A DNA stretch of 64,000 nt. Origin: Nymphaea colorata (Eukaryota). Made by a program: the position numbers and the translations under genes. The stretch spans positions 41,478,001 to 41,542,000 of the forward strand of contig NC_045138.2 of NCBI RefSeq assembly GCF_008831285.2. Direction: 5' to 3'. Numbering within the stretch: the stretch's first letter is position 1; each line of letters begins with the position of its first letter. This document shows positions 61,355-64,000 of the stretch, in pieces. The notes beneath the pieces were generated by a model. The model ran no database searches. It was not told the origin of the DNA and worked only from the letters and a program-made list of their open reading frames with translations.

Positions 61355-64000
61355 CTTGTATTTCCTTCCAGCTACTAACCAAGTCGAGGATATTTCTTGG
61401 ACCTTCCAAGAAGATATTCTTCCGTCTACGTGATACGTGAGAGAGAGAGAGAGAGAGAGAGAGGTTCATGAAATCCAACATTAAAATATAATTACCTCCA
61501 TGGTGTCACATTGATTCCAGTCAACCTGACAACCGATCTATCTCAATGCTTCCATCGATCTGGACATGGGCAGTTCAGTCAGTGTGAGCCTCAGTGTACA
61601 ATCTAGGATTATAGCTCTGCCATTACCTCGCTATGTAATTTCATTGTCCATGATCTCAAAACATGACCAAAAAATAATTTTAACAGCAATTAGGATTAGT
61701 TCTGCAATTGGAACTAAACTAGTTGTTCTCCTAAACCCACGAAGATAATCATAGAAGAGTAACTGTGGTCACTCATTGGTGGTGCAGCCATATGAAACAA
61801 GGACTGGAAGTTGAAACCAGTGTTACCAATATTGAAATCGGCACCATATCGATTTGCTGACACATAATGTGTATTCGCCAATATATGTTGGTCCAGATTG
61901 GCTTATTAAGAAGTAAATAAAAAGTAATTTAAAATAACTAAAAACTACAAAAATACCTTATTTTCGAAATCATTTCAACCTTGTAGCGTTTCGACGATCG
62001 ACCGAGACACCCACATGGATAGCAGCAAAACTGGCCGAAACAGTCCTTTTAGCTAGCCATATGCAATGGTGAAAGAAGACAGGACCTGAGTCATGAGGAA
62101 GACTATTTGGTGGCATGTAGCTTAATGCAGATGAAGGCGAGAACTATGGTTGGGGAGAACGTAAGATGCTGAACTTCTCAGGACACTTTACAACCATTTT
62201 TGTTCATAAAATAAGGAAAAAAGGGAACAAACAGATGAAATTAATGACCAAGCTAGATTCGGCTTTTACACAGTTACGACGGTGATTCATCAATCTTTTT
62301 CGATGATGGATTGTCCTTGTTTGGGCATTCTTGTTTCACACAATTTCTTCTGGAGATTTCAACACAAAATTTTTTCTGTCGATAGTCTTTTTCAACTTCA
62401 GATATCAGGCATTGTCATGCTTAAGGATGATCCAAGTTAATCATAGTAGCTGGAACAAAATACAAGATCAACGAGCTTATTACAGGTATAATTAATGGAA
62501 TTGCTTCCGGTTTCTGCACAAGTTTGGGCATTTAGATGTGAATTGCATTGTTTGACAGTAACCTTTCAGCAGTTCATGCAAAATACATGGAATATATAAA
62601 ATTTGAGTTAAGAAGATGAGTCAGAAATTAAACCAGAATGGGGAAGAAATTACAGCATTTGATAGACCCCTGGTTTACGAAACGTCATCAAGCATTCCGC
62701 ACGAGTTGATTCTTATCAAGCTTCCTATTTCTACACGCCAAAATTTTATTATGAAACTTACTCTACTGATAAGCTACTCTGTATCCTCCAGCGCTGGTCT
62801 ATGCATTTACTAAATAAGAAACGGAAACAAGATATCATCTCACCACTTGTTCACAGTTGCATGGTTAATACTGTTGACTTACCCTTCAGTATCGCACTTC
62901 TCTGATGTCAAACTTCTAATCAAAGACTGCCAAGTTACTTACGCTGAAAGGGAATTCATAATAGTGGCATTTGGTTCAGAAAACTGTGAGCAACATGTAC
63001 CAATCTGTAGACAGTTCAGGCTTGTTGCAGCACTGAACGAAGAAATACTTATCGAATGATTTTCCTCTTCTAGATATAATGAAACCCTTTGTTGAAATCA
63101 CTACCCATAACCATATCCATGTAATGTATATTGAATAATAAATCAAGAAAGCGATTGACCATGATATAGCTTGGTCATTTTTGTTTTCCTGGAATTTGTC
63201 CACCTGCCTAGCGAAGTTGCCAAAATTTTAGCTACAAAAGAACTAGGTGATACCATGCAACCTCCTACGTAACAGAAAATTCCAGGTTCCACATAATAAC
63301 AAATAGCGAGGTTCGGCATCAGCATTACTTTTACAAGATTATTCATCATTAAGGATATCCAACTCACCAAGTTAGATATAAGCACTATACAAAATCCTAA
63401 CAAAGTATGCAACAGCAGGATTTGATTTTCTTTTATTCTCCTGCATAAACAAAAACTCCAAGGACTCCAAGATATTGTTACTTTAACAAATTGACCACCT
63501 CATAAGTAGGAAATGATCGGTGGCACCCGAGACCCCAAGATATTAGATATCATTACCAACAGTTATCTGTTACACGCAAGATATTGTCAACGCAACACGA
63601 ATAAAGAAAACAACGCATGCAGCAGCAGCAAGTGGTGCAGCAGTAGAAACTGCTGTTCACCAGAAAAAGAAGATCTGTAGAATCTCCATAACAAGATAAA
63701 TGCATTGCAGACATCGTATTCTAACTTGTCCAGCACAATCATCTGCATTTTTCACGGTAAAAGCATAAAATGAGTATTTGAAATAGCAAAAACAGTTTGT
63801 AAGTTTGAAATCGAACGCATACAATAATAATAGTTATAATTTATAAACTACGTAAAGCTTTTGGCTCATTTTCTTCTTATGCAGAACAAATTTTTAGTAG
63901 CAAACAGATTGATCTATTCCAAGAAAGGGAAGCATGATTCCGCCCGCGATGCACTCAATGACTCTGAGGCTTTTGGCAACGTCGATTCTTCCGCAGCAAT

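Noticed and set aside
63890..64000. Possible 3' end of a minus-strand gene, and a partial miR397-complementary sequence (TGCACTCAATGA)
   Set aside because: Truncated by the window edge with no identifiable frame. The miR397 match has about 6 mismatches and no hairpin.

Overview
Eukaryotic (flowering plant) nuclear DNA: AT-rich, with spliceosomal GT-AG introns and many microsatellites and MITEs. I found no rRNA, tRNA or CRISPR features. Five intact protein-coding genes are supported: an intronless UDP-glucuronate 4-epimerase (GAE, - strand), an RS-subfamily SR splicing factor (RS31-like, +) with a probable poison cassette exon, two paralogous three-exon family-61 glycosyltransferases (+), and a MIZU-KUSSEI 1 (DUF617) gene (-) lying between them. 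A retroelement cluster at 24.3-29.7 kb holds a complete TRIM and a 4.6 kb Ty1/copia element with both LTRs, PBS, PPT and a 5-bp TSD. The copia keeps a decayed pol but has no recognisable gag, and it appears to be nested in an older LTR remnant. Weaker relics include a MITE-interrupted B3-like pseudogene, a matrix-metalloproteinase-like fragment, an L1 LINE 3' remnant and a tRNA-derived SINE. Nothing here can be shown from sequence alone to be a new biological system. The best leads are the gag-less copia leader, an in-frame uORF before GAE and the GT61-MIZ1-GT61 linkage. All alignments and counts were done by eye.
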